Below are positions 40,846 through 51,232 of a DNA stretch of 64,000 bases, in pieces (position 1 is the stretch's first letter; the number at the start of each line of letters is the position of its first letter). The notes under the pieces are model-generated. The model was not told the origin of the DNA and did not search any database. It was given only the letters and a program-made list of their open reading frames with translations. The stretch covers positions 192,001-256,000 of the forward strand of contig CAVYNY010000022.1 in the NCBI GenBank assembly GCA_963769935.1, in the 5' to 3' direction. The position numbers were made by a program, and so were the translations under genes. Origin of the DNA: an uncultured delta proteobacterium (lineage in GTDB: Bacteria; Desulfobacterota; Desulfobacteria; Desulfobacterales; JAFDCJ01).

Positions 40846-42180
40846 ATGAGTGGAAAATACAATGTCATGGATGAGGCGTCGCGCCTCATTTTGCACCGAA
40901 CCCCCCAGGCGGATGTGAAAAAGGGGATTCCCATAATGGTCAAGGGTGAGGGGTGTCGCCTGATCGACAAAGAGGGCAAGCGCTATCTCGACATGGAAGC
41001 GGGAATCACACGGCCGGTGCACATCGGTTATGGCCGGGAGGAAGTGGCCCGGGCCGCTTACGATCAGATGTGCCGGCTGCACTACTTCAGTCCCTCGGGA
41101 TATGCCAATGAGCCGGCCCTGGATCTGGCAAACCTGCTGGCCAGAATCACGCCGGGCGACATCAACCGGTTTACCTTTGAATGTTCCGGTTCCGAGGCGG
41201 TTGAATCTGCCATGAAACTGGCAAAACACTACCACTATTTCAGAGGCAACAAGGCCTGTTTCAAAGTTATCTCCCGCAAAGGCGGTTATCATGGTGTCAA
41301 TGGATACGGCGTCAGAGCCCTCGGCACGGTGATGCCCATGCGCCATATGATGGAGCCCATCGCCCCCGGAGCCGTACATGTCGAGCCGCCGTATTGTTAT
41401 CGCTGCCCATATGGACTGGCGTATCCGGACTGTGATCTCAAGTGCGCCCGGGACATCGAACGGGCCATCGAGTTTGAAAATCCTGAACTCATTACCGCTT
41501 TTATCGGAGAACCCATCATGCAGGGATTCGGGGCCTTGTCGCCGCCCAAGGAATACTGGCCGATGGTGCGGGGGATTTGCAACAAATACGATATCCTGCT
41601 CATTATCGACGAGGTCATTTGCGGTTTCGGACGCACCGGCAAAATGTTCGGCGTCGAGCACTTTGCTATTCATCCGGACATGCTGACCATGGCCAAAGGG
41701 ATCAGCAGCGGATATGTTCCCCTGGGGGCCGTCGGCTGTACCGACAAGGTTATGGAACCGATTGAAACTTTCTTCCATCTGCACACTTACGGCAATCACC
41801 CCGTTGCCTGCGCCGCCGCATTGAAAAATATCGAGATCATGCAGACCGAAAAGTTGATCAACAATTCGGAAGAAATGGGGCAATATTTTCTGGCATGTCT
41901 GAAAAACCTGGAGCAGCATGCCGTTGTCGGCGAAGCCCGGGGCCGGGGCCTGTGGCTGGCGCTGGATTTAACCGCCGACAAAAAGACCCGTGCGCTTTTT
42001 CCCTTGGACCGCATTGCCAATATGATCCGCCGCGCCAAGCAGCTCGGCGTCATCATCAAAGGCATCGGATGTGCCCTTGAATTCGCACCGCCGCTGATCA
42101 TTACCAAAGAAGAAATCGATGAGGCGATGAAGGTGATCGAGCTGTGCATTGCAGAAGAAGAAAAGAATATGAGAATGTAG
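40846..42180 (+). CDS. Class III PLP-dependent aminotransferase
   Basis: SGSEAVESA, GYHG, IDEVICGFGRTG, TMAKGISSGY, HTYGNHP. Confidence 0.94.
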   Translation: MSGKYNVMDEASRLILHRTPQADVKKGIPIMVKGEGCRLIDKEGKRYLDMEAGITRPVHIGYGREEVARAAYDQMCRLHYFSPSGYANEPALDLANLLARITPGDINRFTFECSGSEAVESAMKLAKHYHYFRGNKACFKVISRKGGYHGVNGYGVRALGTVMPMRHMMEPIAPGAVHVEPPYCYRCPYGLAYPDCDLKCARDIERAIEFENPELITAFIGEPIMQGFGALSPPKEYWPMVRGICNKYDILLIIDEVICGFGRTGKMFGVEHFAIHPDMLTMAKGISSGYVPLGAVGCTDKVMEPIETFFHLHTYGNHPVACAAALKNIEIMQTEKLINNSEEMGQYFLACLKNLEQHAVVGEARGRGLWLALDLTADKKTRALFPLDRIANMIRRAKQLGVIIKGIGCALEFAPPLIITKEEIDEAMKVIELCIAEEEKNMRM

Positions 42181-42220
42181 ATTCTAATCTCTGTTTTATT
42201 TATTTAGGACCCGGATTCTC

Positions 42221-42465
42221 GCGGATTGACACGGATTGAATAGCTGTTGAGCCCTTGAGTTCGTAAGCCGACAGTTGATGAGTTGGTAAGTTCGTAAGCT
42301 CGTTAGTTGGTAAGCTATAAAAGTTCGTGAGTTCGTGAGTTGGTAGGCTGGTTAGGCGCTTAGTTATAATTTCTTCGCATTTTATGAAAAAAATTTTCGC
42401 CACCAAGACCCAAAGACACAAAGATGAAAATTAACTTAAGGTTTTGCTTCGTGTCTTGGTGCCTT
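42221..42465. repeat. Composite 8-9-mer arrays (AAGTTCGT; CCAAGACAC ... GTGTCTTGG hairpin)
   Basis: Same octamer family as 17181-17517, plus a second hairpin. Confidence 0.8.
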
Positions 42466-42482
42466 AGAAAAACAGGAGAAAA

Positions 42483-43172
42483 ATGAAAATCATCGATCTT
42501 TCACACATCATCCACGACGATATCCAGATATATCCCGGAGACCCGGCACCTTCGATCAAGCGAGGGCTGACCCATGAAAAAGACTACTGTCATGTCGATG
42601 TTTTGACCCTGGGGTCTCATACCGGGACTCACATCGATGCACCGTTTCATTTTTTTAAGAAAGGGAAAAAAATCGACGAATTCCCGGTTCAGCGGTTTGT
42701 CGGCGACGGCGTCCTGATCGATGTTTCCGCCAAATCGGACCGGACGTTGATTGAACCTGAAGATGTCGAGGCCTATAGAACTGAGATTGCAGATGGCGAT
42801 TTTGTGATTTTTAGAACCGGCCGGGATAGGTACTTTGGAACTCCCAGGTATTATCTGCATCCCTTCCTGAGCCCTCAAGGAGCGCAGCTGTTGGTTAAAA
42901 TGGGTGTTTCGCTGGTGGGAATCGATGCCCTGAATATCGACCCGACCTATTATGAGATCACAGAGGCCGACACGTCCGCAAAAAACCTGCCGGACGAAGA
43001 GGAATATGGTTATCCGGTTCACGATATCCTGCTCGGCAACGATTTGCTGATCGTGGAAAACCTTTGCAACCTGGAGAAGATCAGACAGATAAAGGGTATC
43101 TATTCGTTCCTGCCGCTTAAATTAAAGGACGCGGATGGATCACCGATCAGAGCCATATTTATGATGAAATAA
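42483..43172 (+). CDS. Cyclase family protein (kynurenine formamidase-like)
   Basis: HTGTHIDAPFH, GID, IVENL, DGSPIRA. Confidence 0.92.
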   Translation: MKIIDLSHIIHDDIQIYPGDPAPSIKRGLTHEKDYCHVDVLTLGSHTGTHIDAPFHFFKKGKKIDEFPVQRFVGDGVLIDVSAKSDRTLIEPEDVEAYRTEIADGDFVIFRTGRDRYFGTPRYYLHPFLSPQGAQLLVKMGVSLVGIDALNIDPTYYEITEADTSAKNLPDEEEYGYPVHDILLGNDLLIVENLCNLEKIRQIKGIYSFLPLKLKDADGSPIRAIFMMK

Positions 43173-43242
43173 TTATTGCCGCAATCTGTCAGTACTTAAG
43201 GGCAGACTGCGCGACAGGCTGCAAGTCCTTAACAGATGGGCC

Positions 43243-43773
43243 TCAGTTAAGGGCAGCAATAATGGTTTTGGCATCCGGGTGGTCGGCCGGATTGCTCGCG
43301 AAGTGACTAAAAACGACGTGTCCGGCGGTGTTGATGATAAAGACGCCCGACAGCTGACGGACATTGCCCTGGGGCATCCCGAGGCCGTGGCCGCCGGCGA
43401 TGGCGGCGAGCCCCTTGAGGGCAAGGCTTGGCGAGAGAAATCCCAGGGCTGACATCTGCTTGAGACCGAACTTGCGGTACAATTTTTTTTCCGGGTCGGC
43501 CACAATCGCAAAGGGAATATTGTATTTGGCGGCAAATTCAGCAGATTCCGACGGGGTACCCATTCCCACGAGGACCACCCGGGCCCCGGCTTTTTCAAAG
43601 CTTTTTTTGTTGCGGCGCAACTGCGCCACCTGCTCGCGGCAAAACGGTCAGCCGAAATGCCGCAAAAAGACCAGCACCAGCGTTTGATCCTGCCAAAGAT
43701 CGTGCAGGTGTTTCTCCGACCCGTCCGACATCGCGACCTTTGCGTCGGGAGCTTTGCGCGCCTTCTTTTCCAT
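43243..43773 (-). CDS. Peroxiredoxin-like (AhpC/TSA-2, SelU/AAED1-like) selenoprotein with UxxC motif
   Basis: FLRHFG-TGA(43650-43648)-PFCREQ continues in frame into the 43243 ORF; GGAGG RBS before ATG 43773; hairpin 3' of the UGA. Confidence 0.88.
43610..43647 (-). promoter_or_regulatory. Candidate bacterial SECIS element
   Basis: GUGGCGC-AGUU-GCGCCGC stem-loop; the G-containing loop starts 25 nt after the UGA. Confidence 0.65.
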
Positions 43774-43910
43774 TTTATAACCTCCAAATATTGTAATGTC
43801 CCGTGATTGAATTATATGTGTCGAACGGGATGTCAAATTATAGTTGAGTCCTCGAATATTAAAAATTTTATCAATCCAGGTTTTGTATATCACATATATA
43901 GCACACACCA

Positions 43911-44975
43911 CTATTGCTTCAACATCACAATGTCTTCCGGTTTCACAACAAGGTTTAACTTTTCCCCGGCGCCTGCGGCTCGATTTTGCGGCAGGCGGAT
44001 AATCATGGGTAAATTCGAGCTTAAATGGCGGCCCAGGCAGCGGTGATGGGTTCCGAAAAAAGAAACTTCTTCCACTTGCAATACCCCCAGCGACACATGA
44101 CCGTGGGCTTCGCCGCCGGCAGCAAGGATCTGCTCCGGCCGGATGCACAAATCTACCCTGGCGCCCATTTCGGCCGCGCCGGCAACCGCGAGACGACCGA
44201 ACGGCGTATCGACCTCGATACCTTGACCCGAACGCCCTGAGACCGTGCCCTCGAACATGTTGCTTTCGCCCATAAAAGTGGCGGTAAACCGTGTTTTCGG
44301 CTTCATGTAGACGCGCGCCGGCGGTCCCATATCTTCGAGGTGGCCGTTGTTCATGACCGCAATGACGTCGGCGATGCTCATGGCTTCTTCCTGATCGTGG
44401 GTTACGTGCACAAAGGTGGTGCCCACCTTTTTCTGGATATGCAGCAGCTCCTGCTGCATCTGGCGTCGGAGATTGAGATCCAGGGCCCCGAGAGGCTCAT
44501 CCAATAAAAGCACCTTAGGCGCAACTACAAGGGCGCGCGCCAGGGCGACCCTTTGCTGCTGGCCGCCGGAGAGTTGATGCACACGCCGGGTGCTCATGTC
44601 GGACAGTCCCACCATGTCCAGCGCTTTTTCGACCCGCGCCAATCTTTCGGGTTTGGGGACTTTTCGCATCAGCAGACCGAAACCGACATTGGATCCCACC
44701 GACATGTGAGGAAACAGGGCATAGTCCTGAAACATGGAAGTCGTCGGCCGCTTGGCCGGCGGCAGGTAGGAAACGTCCTGGCCGGCGATGCGAATCTCTC
44801 CGGCGCTGGGTTCGACAAAACCTCCCAGAATGTGCAGCAGGGTTGTCTTGCCGCTGCCCGACGGCCCCACCAGGGCAAAAAACTGGCCCTCGTCTATGCT
44901 GAGATTGATTTGGGAAAGGGCGGTCGTTTTGCCGAATCTTTTCGACACGCCTTTGATTTCTACCATCGGCTTCAT
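43911..44975 (-). CDS. Polyamine-type ABC ATP-binding protein (PotA-like)
   Basis: GPSGSGKT, LSGGQQQR, LDEPLGALD. Confidence 0.93.
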   Translation of the reverse strand: MKPMVEIKGVSKRFGKTTALSQINLSIDEGQFFALVGPSGSGKTTLLHILGGFVEPSAGEIRIAGQDVSYLPPAKRPTTSMFQDYALFPHMSVGSNVGFGLLMRKVPKPERLARVEKALDMVGLSDMSTRRVHQLSGGQQQRVALARALVVAPKVLLLDEPLGALDLNLRRQMQQELLHIQKKVGTTFVHVTHDQEEAMSIADVIAVMNNGHLEDMGPPARVYMKPKTRFTATFMGESNMFEGTVSGRSGQGIEVDTPFGRLAVAGAAEMGARVDLCIRPEQILAAGGEAHGHVSLGVLQVEEVSFFGTHHRCLGRHLSSNLPMIIRLPQNRAAGAGEKLNLVVKPEDIVMLKQ

Positions 44976-45763
44976 TTTGACTTTCTCCGGCCAAATACCA
45001 GAATCTCCGTAGTTATCACCAATACGACGGAGACGAGGAAAACAACGCTGCCGACAGCGTTGGTTTTTGGATTAAGACCGCTGCGCAGAAGACTCCAGAT
45101 TTCCACCGGCAGCGTTACATCAAAACGGCTCACCAGCAGTGCAATAATAAATTCATCCCAGGAAAGGGTGAATGAAAGAAAAAATGAAGCCATCAACGCC
45201 GGCCATAAAAGCGGCAGACTTATCAGCACCAGAACCTGCCATTCGGCGGCCCCCAGATCGCGGGCGGCCCGTTCAAGATTGGCCTGGTGCTCACCCATCT
45301 GGCTGTAGATTATGGCAAATGCCAACGGAAGATTGATAACCACGTGGCCGATGGTTACCGCCAGCAAGGATTTGGGTATATCCATGGTTTTAAACGTAAT
45401 GAGCAGTCCCATACCGATAATCAGATAAGACACGCTGAGCGGCGCCACCAGCAGCCATTGGACAACTCCCGAACCGCGCACCTTATAGCGGGCCAGGCCG
45501 TAGGCAGCCAGAAATCCCAATAAACAGGAAAGCGTCGAAGAAACCACAGCCACCATCAGCGAGTTCCCCAAGGCGTCCATGATCCGAAAGTCGCTGAAAA
45601 CGGCCGCATACCATCGCAAAGAGGGACCTTGAAACGGCGGGATCGGCAGCAGGGAATCCTGAAAGGAAAACAATATCAGAACTGCCACCGGCGTGAATAT
45701 AAACAGGTAAACCAGCGCAACATAAACGACGGCGGGTAGATTTTTGAATATACTTCGCATCAT
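44972..45763 (-). CDS. Polyamine-type ABC permease (PotC-like)
   Basis: SLRWY, ERAARDLGA, LSWDEF, TLPVEIW. Confidence 0.92.
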   Translation of the reverse strand: MMRSIFKNLPAVVYVALVYLFIFTPVAVLILFSFQDSLLPIPPFQGPSLRWYAAVFSDFRIMDALGNSLMVAVVSSTLSCLLGFLAAYGLARYKVRGSGVVQWLLVAPLSVSYLIIGMGLLITFKTMDIPKSLLAVTIGHVVINLPLAFAIIYSQMGEHQANLERAARDLGAAEWQVLVLISLPLLWPALMASFFLSFTLSWDEFIIALLVSRFDVTLPVEIWSLLRSGLNPKTNAVGSVVFLVSVVLVITTEILVFGRRKSK

Positions 45764-45803
45764 CCCTCTAACACCGGGCAAATCGAAATCGAGAAAAAAA
45801 ATT

Positions 45804-45886
45804 AATCACGAAATCACGAAAGGACGAAAACACGAAAAAAAACAAGATAAATTTCGTGGTTTTTAAATTTCGTGATTTCGTGGTGA
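45804..45886. repeat. 8-mer repeat hairpin (CACGAAAT ... ATTTCGTG)
   Basis: Perfect 15 bp inverted repeat at 45807-45821 and 45868-45882, between two permease genes. Confidence 0.85.
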
Positions 45887-45935
45887 AAAAGTTAATTACT
45901 AAAATGCAAAATCTTCACTTTTAAGACTCTAGAAA

Positions 45936-46784
45936 TCACATCCTTTCAATTTTCAGCCAGCGTGAGAACATCAGGAATATAATCGAGATAACCACCATCA
46001 AGACCAGGCTCATGGCAGAAGCCATGGGAAAGTCTGCCAGACGCTGAATCTGCAGCATAATGGCCTGGGGCAGCAGCACCTCCCGGAAGCCGCCCAGAAT
46101 CTGGGGTGTAATGTAATCTCCCAGCGCCAGCACGATGGTAAGAAAGGCCCCCACCATGACACCGGGTATGCTCAGGGGCAGGGTGATCCGCCAGAAGGTC
46201 TGCCAGCGGGATGCACCGAGATCGGCCGCCGCCTTTCTGTAATTCGGCGAGATCTGCACCAAGTTGGCGAAAATGGTCAGGGTCAACAGCATGGTAAAAA
46301 AATGGACAAATCCCAGAACCGTGGCCGTTCGGCTATTGGCAAGCGAGATCGGATTTTCCACGATTCCCAGCCACTGAAGCACGTTGCTGATGATCCCGTT
46401 GCCGGAGAGCACCAGCAGCCAGCTGTAGGAGCGGACCAGGTACGATGTCCAGAATGGCAGAATTGCCATCATCAGTGCGATCCGCTGCCATCTGGCCGGC
46501 ACCCGGAAGGCCAGGATATATGCCAGCGGGTAGGCCAGGATAATACTGATAATGGTCGTAATCAGGGTGACTTCCAGCGAATTGACAAGGGCATTGATAT
46601 GATAGGGTTTAGAGAAAAAAGCATAATAGTTGTTAAAGGACAGATCCGTGACGATCCGTCCCCCGGTCCGCTGAAAAAGGCTGTAGGCTGCCATAATCAG
46701 CAATGGAGCCACAAAGAAGGCGATAGTCCATAAAAGGCCGGGGCCGATAAAGCCCCAGCCTTTGATGTTTCTTTTTTTCCGCAT
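45936..46784 (-). CDS. Polyamine-type ABC permease (PotB-like)
   Basis: LPFWTSYLVR, AAADLGA, GDYITPQILGG. Confidence 0.93.
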   Translation of the reverse strand: MRKKRNIKGWGFIGPGLLWTIAFFVAPLLIMAAYSLFQRTGGRIVTDLSFNNYYAFFSKPYHINALVNSLEVTLITTIISIILAYPLAYILAFRVPARWQRIALMMAILPFWTSYLVRSYSWLLVLSGNGIISNVLQWLGIVENPISLANSRTATVLGFVHFFTMLLTLTIFANLVQISPNYRKAAADLGASRWQTFWRITLPLSIPGVMVGAFLTIVLALGDYITPQILGGFREVLLPQAIMLQIQRLADFPMASAMSLVLMVVISIIFLMFSRWLKIERM

Positions 46785-46801
46785 TATAATGTTAGGTCAA
46801 T

Positions 46802-47881
46802 CTACTTATGCTGCAGCATTTGTGTCCAGACATCCAGCATGGCCTTATCAAAAGCCTCATCGGGCTGGAGGTAAAAGTACGAATTGGCCAGGAATTTGGG
46901 CTGTTCGTCCCAGCGCAAAATTTTTTTCTGCTCCGGTGTCAGAATCGCCTTGGAATTGGCGGGCATCGCCCAATAGCAGGAGGAGGTGGCCAGACGCCCC
47001 TGGCCTTCCGGACTCAGGATATATTGGACAAATTTGAGGGCCAGATCCTTTTTCTTGGAGGCTGCAAAAATCCCGATGGCCTGCTGCCAGCGTACTCCGC
47101 CCTGATTCGGCAATACCCAGTCGAGGGCGGGATTTTCTTTGTGAAGGACGGATACTGAAAATTCGCCGCCGCCGGCAATGATATCGACCTCTCCGGTGGC
47201 CAGGGCTGTCTGTACCTGGACCACATCCCCCACCACGGCGGAATATTCCTTCATTTTGAATAATTTTTCCTTGATCGCCGGCAGATCTGATTTATTCAGC
47301 GCGGGCGGTTTGATGCCCAGTCCGATGGCGACCATCTCGATGACCGGAATGTAATAATCATATATCGCTAATCGCCCCTTATATTTCGGATTCCAAAGAA
47401 CGGCGGCATCGCGCATATCGGCCGGATCCACCTTTTTGTTGTTGTAGGCAATCGTGTTATAGCCGAATTTTTCCGGCATCGCATAAAATTTGCCGCCGAC
47501 ACTGTTAAGCTCGGGGGTGCGAATTTCCGGGAAGATGTCATTCCAGGGAAAATCACTTTCCTTTAGGGGTTCCAACAGGCCGAGTTTGACTATCCGTTTG
47601 ACATCGATGCTGTCGACTACGAAAACATCCCAATCTCCCGGTTGGGATTGTTCGAGCAGTGCCAGCGCGACACCGGTGCCGTCATACTCTTTCATGTTGA
47701 TCCGAACATTATGTTTTTGTTCGAACGGTTTCAGCAGCTCGGGATCGGTATGATCGCACCAGGTGAGAACATTAAGCTCCTCGGCCGCCTGGGCGGGCGC
47801 GGTTAAGGCAACTGCGGCGAAGAAAAAGGTTACAAATAAAACTAAAGCCATGTTCACGATATTGGTTCTATTCATTGTCAT
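46802..47881 (-). CDS. Spermidine/putrescine-type substrate-binding protein (PotD-like)
   Basis: Signal peptide; LNVLTWCDH, IAYN, PKYKG. Confidence 0.9.
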   Translation of the reverse strand: MTMNRTNIVNMALVLFVTFFFAAVALTAPAQAAEELNVLTWCDHTDPELLKPFEQKHNVRINMKEYDGTGVALALLEQSQPGDWDVFVVDSIDVKRIVKLGLLEPLKESDFPWNDIFPEIRTPELNSVGGKFYAMPEKFGYNTIAYNNKKVDPADMRDAAVLWNPKYKGRLAIYDYYIPVIEMVAIGLGIKPPALNKSDLPAIKEKLFKMKEYSAVVGDVVQVQTALATGEVDIIAGGGEFSVSVLHKENPALDWVLPNQGGVRWQQAIGIFAASKKKDLALKFVQYILSPEGQGRLATSSCYWAMPANSKAILTPEQKKILRWDEQPKFLANSYFYLQPDEAFDKAMLDVWTQMLQHK

Positions 47882-47966
47882 ATTTTACCCTCCTTTGTAA
47901 TTTGTTTTGAGCGGCATAGTGTCAAAATCGCCCGCAGGTGTCAATTGAGAAATTGGTTTATGGAAA

Positions 47967-48047
47967 AAGCTGGGAGGCTTGAAGGCTGGGAAGCTGGGAG
48001 GCCACTCGCATTGAAGATTGAAGATTGAAAATTGAATATTTGTGGTA
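47967..48047. repeat. 8-mer (GAAGCTGG) and 7-mer (AAGATTG) arrays
   Basis: Seen directly; shares units with the 25801, 28030 and 36765 inserts. Confidence 0.8.
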
Positions 48048-48214
48048 TATTAAAAGACATCAAAGCCGATGAGAGCATCCTTGACGCTAACGGTTTGCCG
48101 GATATCACGAAAGTAAAGCCGTTTATCTATGACAGTGCCGGTCCGGGCTATTATGCGCTGGGCGACTTCCTGGGCAAGTGCTATTCAGTCGGGCGAAAAA
48201 AAGGACAGATATGA
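48048..48214 (+). pseudogene. C-terminal remnant of a flavin reductase-family protein
   Basis: [26 protein letters not shown]...[15 protein letters not shown] resembles flavin reductase C-termini; no N-terminus; stop overlaps the next ATG. Confidence 0.65.
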
Positions 48215-49152
48215 AGAGCGGCGAAAGATCCATAACAAAAATACTGGATGACGGCGGCCCATTTGTTATCTGGGAAAAAGAAAAGAGGGGGACCTTCAGG
48301 CGAGGAATTATGCTGGATACCAGGGTTTGTGATAATCCCGAATGCCGGTACCTCCATTTCCAGGCGGTTGCCATTGATGAACGGTATAATAATATGAAAT
48401 TTAAAGGGAGAAAATTTGTTTATACGGTTGAGTCGGATATCAGTCATAAAACAGAACCGCTCCCGAATCAGACTTTAACGGCTTCGATCCATATGGATTC
48501 TGCCAAGATTTCGGTCCATGACGACACTTCTTTAGAAAAGAAGGATCAAGATTTTTTGAGATGGCTGACCAGAGAAGTAAGAGGCGATTATTTTGAAGTG
48601 ATGAAAAGGCGCTGGCGAATGGCCAAAAAGGTGGATCGTGACCGCTGGCGAAATTTAGATTGGAGCTGGTGGAAACCCGGTTTGGTTGTCGGGTGGGATG
48701 AAATATATCCTGATGATCCTGATTTTATATTTGATATCTCCGGGACGAAGTATTGGGCCAGGGATTTGTACTGCATAAATCCCGGATGTACATGTAAAGA
48801 TATCAAGATATCATTTGCCGAATTTTATGACAGGAATAACCCCAAAGAGCTAGGTGCGGTGGGAATTGATCTCAATAAATTTCGTATTGACGGGATAGAT
48901 GCTATCGGGACATCGGCTGAAAATTTGACCCAAATTTGGCAGAAATTTCAAAAAGAAGCCGGCGTAAAAGGAACCATAAAAGCACGTCAAAAGGAGATGA
49001 AGATCATCGGGAAAGAAATTGCAGAATTAAGCCTCAAAAACAAATCAAAAGGCCTAAAATCTTTTTCAAAAGCGGGGCCCAAGGTGGGCCGCAATGATCC
49101 CTGTCCGTGCGGTTCCGGTAAAAAGTATAAGAAGTGCTGTCTTAACAAATGA
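48211..49152 (+). CDS. SEC-C metal-binding motif protein
   Basis: [20 protein letters not shown] at the C-terminus; two CxNPxC motifs. Confidence 0.88.
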   Translation: MKSGERSITKILDDGGPFVIWEKEKRGTFRRGIMLDTRVCDNPECRYLHFQAVAIDERYNNMKFKGRKFVYTVESDISHKTEPLPNQTLTASIHMDSAKISVHDDTSLEKKDQDFLRWLTREVRGDYFEVMKRRWRMAKKVDRDRWRNLDWSWWKPGLVVGWDEIYPDDPDFIFDISGTKYWARDLYCINPGCTCKDIKISFAEFYDRNNPKELGAVGIDLNKFRIDGIDAIGTSAENLTQIWQKFQKEAGVKGTIKARQKEMKIIGKEIAELSLKNKSKGLKSFSKAGPKVGRNDPCPCGSGKKYKKCCLNK

Positions 49153-49477
49153 TCCTCTGTTAATCCGGCTCAGTCGACACTGTGATTTTTAAAGCAGTGA
49201 AAATTTTAGATTGCCTGCCGGTATATTCAATTATTAATAAAATCAGAAACTTGAGATATAGGTTTCATATAAGGAGCGAAGACGGCAAGTGATGTAAATG
49301 GCAGGTAAAAATGCAGGAGGTATAAGCGGCAATTGTTTCATTAATTCAAATTCTGTTTTGGCATTTGAATAATTCTTTTCCCGCGCGCGGATCACTTCCC
49401 GAGCTCGCGAAGATTTCCTAATTCTCATCGACGAAAGTTGCCCCTTAGCGATTCGATATGTTTTTCAGCCCGGCGGG

Positions 49478-50635
49478 TTATCTCGACAATTGGCCCTTAT
49501 CCGGTATTGCAGAGGTGTCCAGGACGACGACGGTAATACCGGTACCCGCAGTGATGAGCCGCTCTACTATGTTATTCTTACTCTTCATCCGCCGCCAGAA
49601 TGGCATCTTCTTTCCCGGTGTTCCGATCACGATATGACCCACGCGGTATTCTTTGGCAAATTGCAGGAGGGTCTTCACGATATCATCGCCCCGGTATGTA
49701 AAAACGGTCGCTCCCAGCTGTTGGGCGAGAGCCAGGGTATTAGAGAGCTTCCGCTGGGTCGCTGCATCGATAACGGTGGGGCGTTCCCGAGATGTCTGCA
49801 CATACACGGCATACCAGTTTCGATTCAGCCGCCCCGCCAGACGAGAGGCATAGCGCAGCAGCGCCTCGCTGTTAGGCCCTCTGGAACTCAAACATACCAT
49901 GACCTGATCCGGGATGGAGGGAATATCCTCGCCTTGTGGATCGCGCCTTCGCACATCGATCTGCGCGGCCAACTCGCGCAGGGTCAGCTCTCGAAGCTGC
50001 TCGAGGTTCGCCGGCTTGAAGAAATGGCTTAGGGCGGTTTCAATTCGCTCTTTGGTATAGACCTTGCCTTCCTTCAAGCGGCGGCGCAGGTCCTCGATCG
50101 TAATGTCCACATTGACAAGCTGATCGGCTCCAGCGACAACGCGGTCGGGAATTCTTTCACGCACCTTGACTCCCGTGGCGCGTTCCACGGTTTCATACAA
50201 GCTTTCCAGGTGTTGAATGTTCAGAGTCGAGATGACATGGATACCCGCCGCAAGCAGCTCTTCAACATCCTCGTAGCGCTTGGCATTCCTGCTTCCCGGC
50301 ATATTGGTATGGGCGAGTTCATCGACAAGCACCATGCTGGGTCGACGTGAAAGAATTGCATCGAGATCAATTTCCTCGATCTCAATGCCGCGATAGGTTA
50401 CCTTTCGGCGGGGAATCACTTCGAACCCCGCCAGCAAGGCCTCGGTTTCCGCCCTCCCGTGTGTTTCAACAAGACCGGCGACCACATCAATTCCATCCTC
50501 CTTGATACGGTGCCCTTCAAGAAGCATTTGATAGGTCTTGCCCACTCCGGCTGCATAGCCCAGGTGGATTTTCAATCTGCCTCGCTGGGACCGGCGTATC
50601 AGACGCAGGAAACTCTCGGCGCGGTGACCATTCAT
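49478..50635 (-). CDS. kdpD: KdpD N-terminal sensor plus Usp domain (no TM or kinase part)
   Basis: GYAAGVGKTY, VDELAHTN, NIQHLESL, LRELTLR, Usp domain; only 385 aa. Confidence 0.92.
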   Translation of the reverse strand: MNGHRAESFLRLIRRSQRGRLKIHLGYAAGVGKTYQMLLEGHRIKEDGIDVVAGLVETHGRAETEALLAGFEVIPRRKVTYRGIEIEEIDLDAILSRRPSMVLVDELAHTNMPGSRNAKRYEDVEELLAAGIHVISTLNIQHLESLYETVERATGVKVRERIPDRVVAGADQLVNVDITIEDLRRRLKEGKVYTKERIETALSHFFKPANLEQLRELTLRELAAQIDVRRRDPQGEDIPSIPDQVMVCLSSRGPNSEALLRYASRLAGRLNRNWYAVYVQTSRERPTVIDAATQRKLSNTLALAQQLGATVFTYRGDDIVKTLLQFAKEYRVGHIVIGTPGKKMPFWRRMKSKNNIVERLITAGTGITVVVLDTSAIPDKGQLSR

Positions 50636-50636
50636 A

Positions 50637-51224
50637 TCATTTGCCCATCCTGTCCAATTCCATGTTTACAAGCAACACATTCACGACCGGTTCAGGGGTG
50701 AGTGCGCCCCCCGGGCGCTTCGCGAACTTCTCCAGAAGCTCTATGATGGTGGTGAAGGATAGTCTTCGGGCGGCAGCGACCCGTGCAGCCTGGTATTTTG
50801 CGGCGGCCAGTGTGATTTGCGGATCAAGACCGCTCCCCGAGGCGGTTACCAGGTCTGCGGGTATGGGATCGCCGGCGGCCATTCCGAACCGGCTCATTTG
50901 AGCCTTCGCTCGGGCGCGTAGCGCCGGATTCGTGGGAGACAGGTTGCTGCCGCCCGCTGCCCCTGCATTGTAATCAACCGCTGAGGGCCTGGGCCAAAAA
51001 TACTCGGGCCGGGAAAATCCCTGGGCGAGGAGCTCGCTGCCGACGATCTCATTTTGATCATTGCGGACCAGTGACCCGTTCGCTGTATACGGCGTCAATG
51101 TCTGGCCGAGGCCGAGTATCACCAGGGGATAGAGAAGGCAGCAGGCAGTCATGGTGACGAGCGCTATCCTGACCACTGCCCCTGCCTGGGGCAGCCAACC
51201 GTCTTTTTCAATCGCGTTGTCCAT
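50637..51224 (-). CDS. kdpC: K+-transporting ATPase subunit C
   Basis: ANGSL, YFWPRPS, GGSNL, VTASGSGLDP. Confidence 0.95.
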   Translation of the reverse strand: MDNAIEKDGWLPQAGAVVRIALVTMTACCLLYPLVILGLGQTLTPYTANGSLVRNDQNEIVGSELLAQGFSRPEYFWPRPSAVDYNAGAAGGSNLSPTNPALRARAKAQMSRFGMAAGDPIPADLVTASGSGLDPQITLAAAKYQAARVAAARRLSFTTIIELLEKFAKRPGGALTPEPVVNVLLVNMELDRMGK

Positions 51225-51232
51225 GAATCCTC

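Noticed and set aside
49243..49428. Small ORF between the SEC-C gene and kdpD
   Set aside because: No RBS, motif or compositional support.
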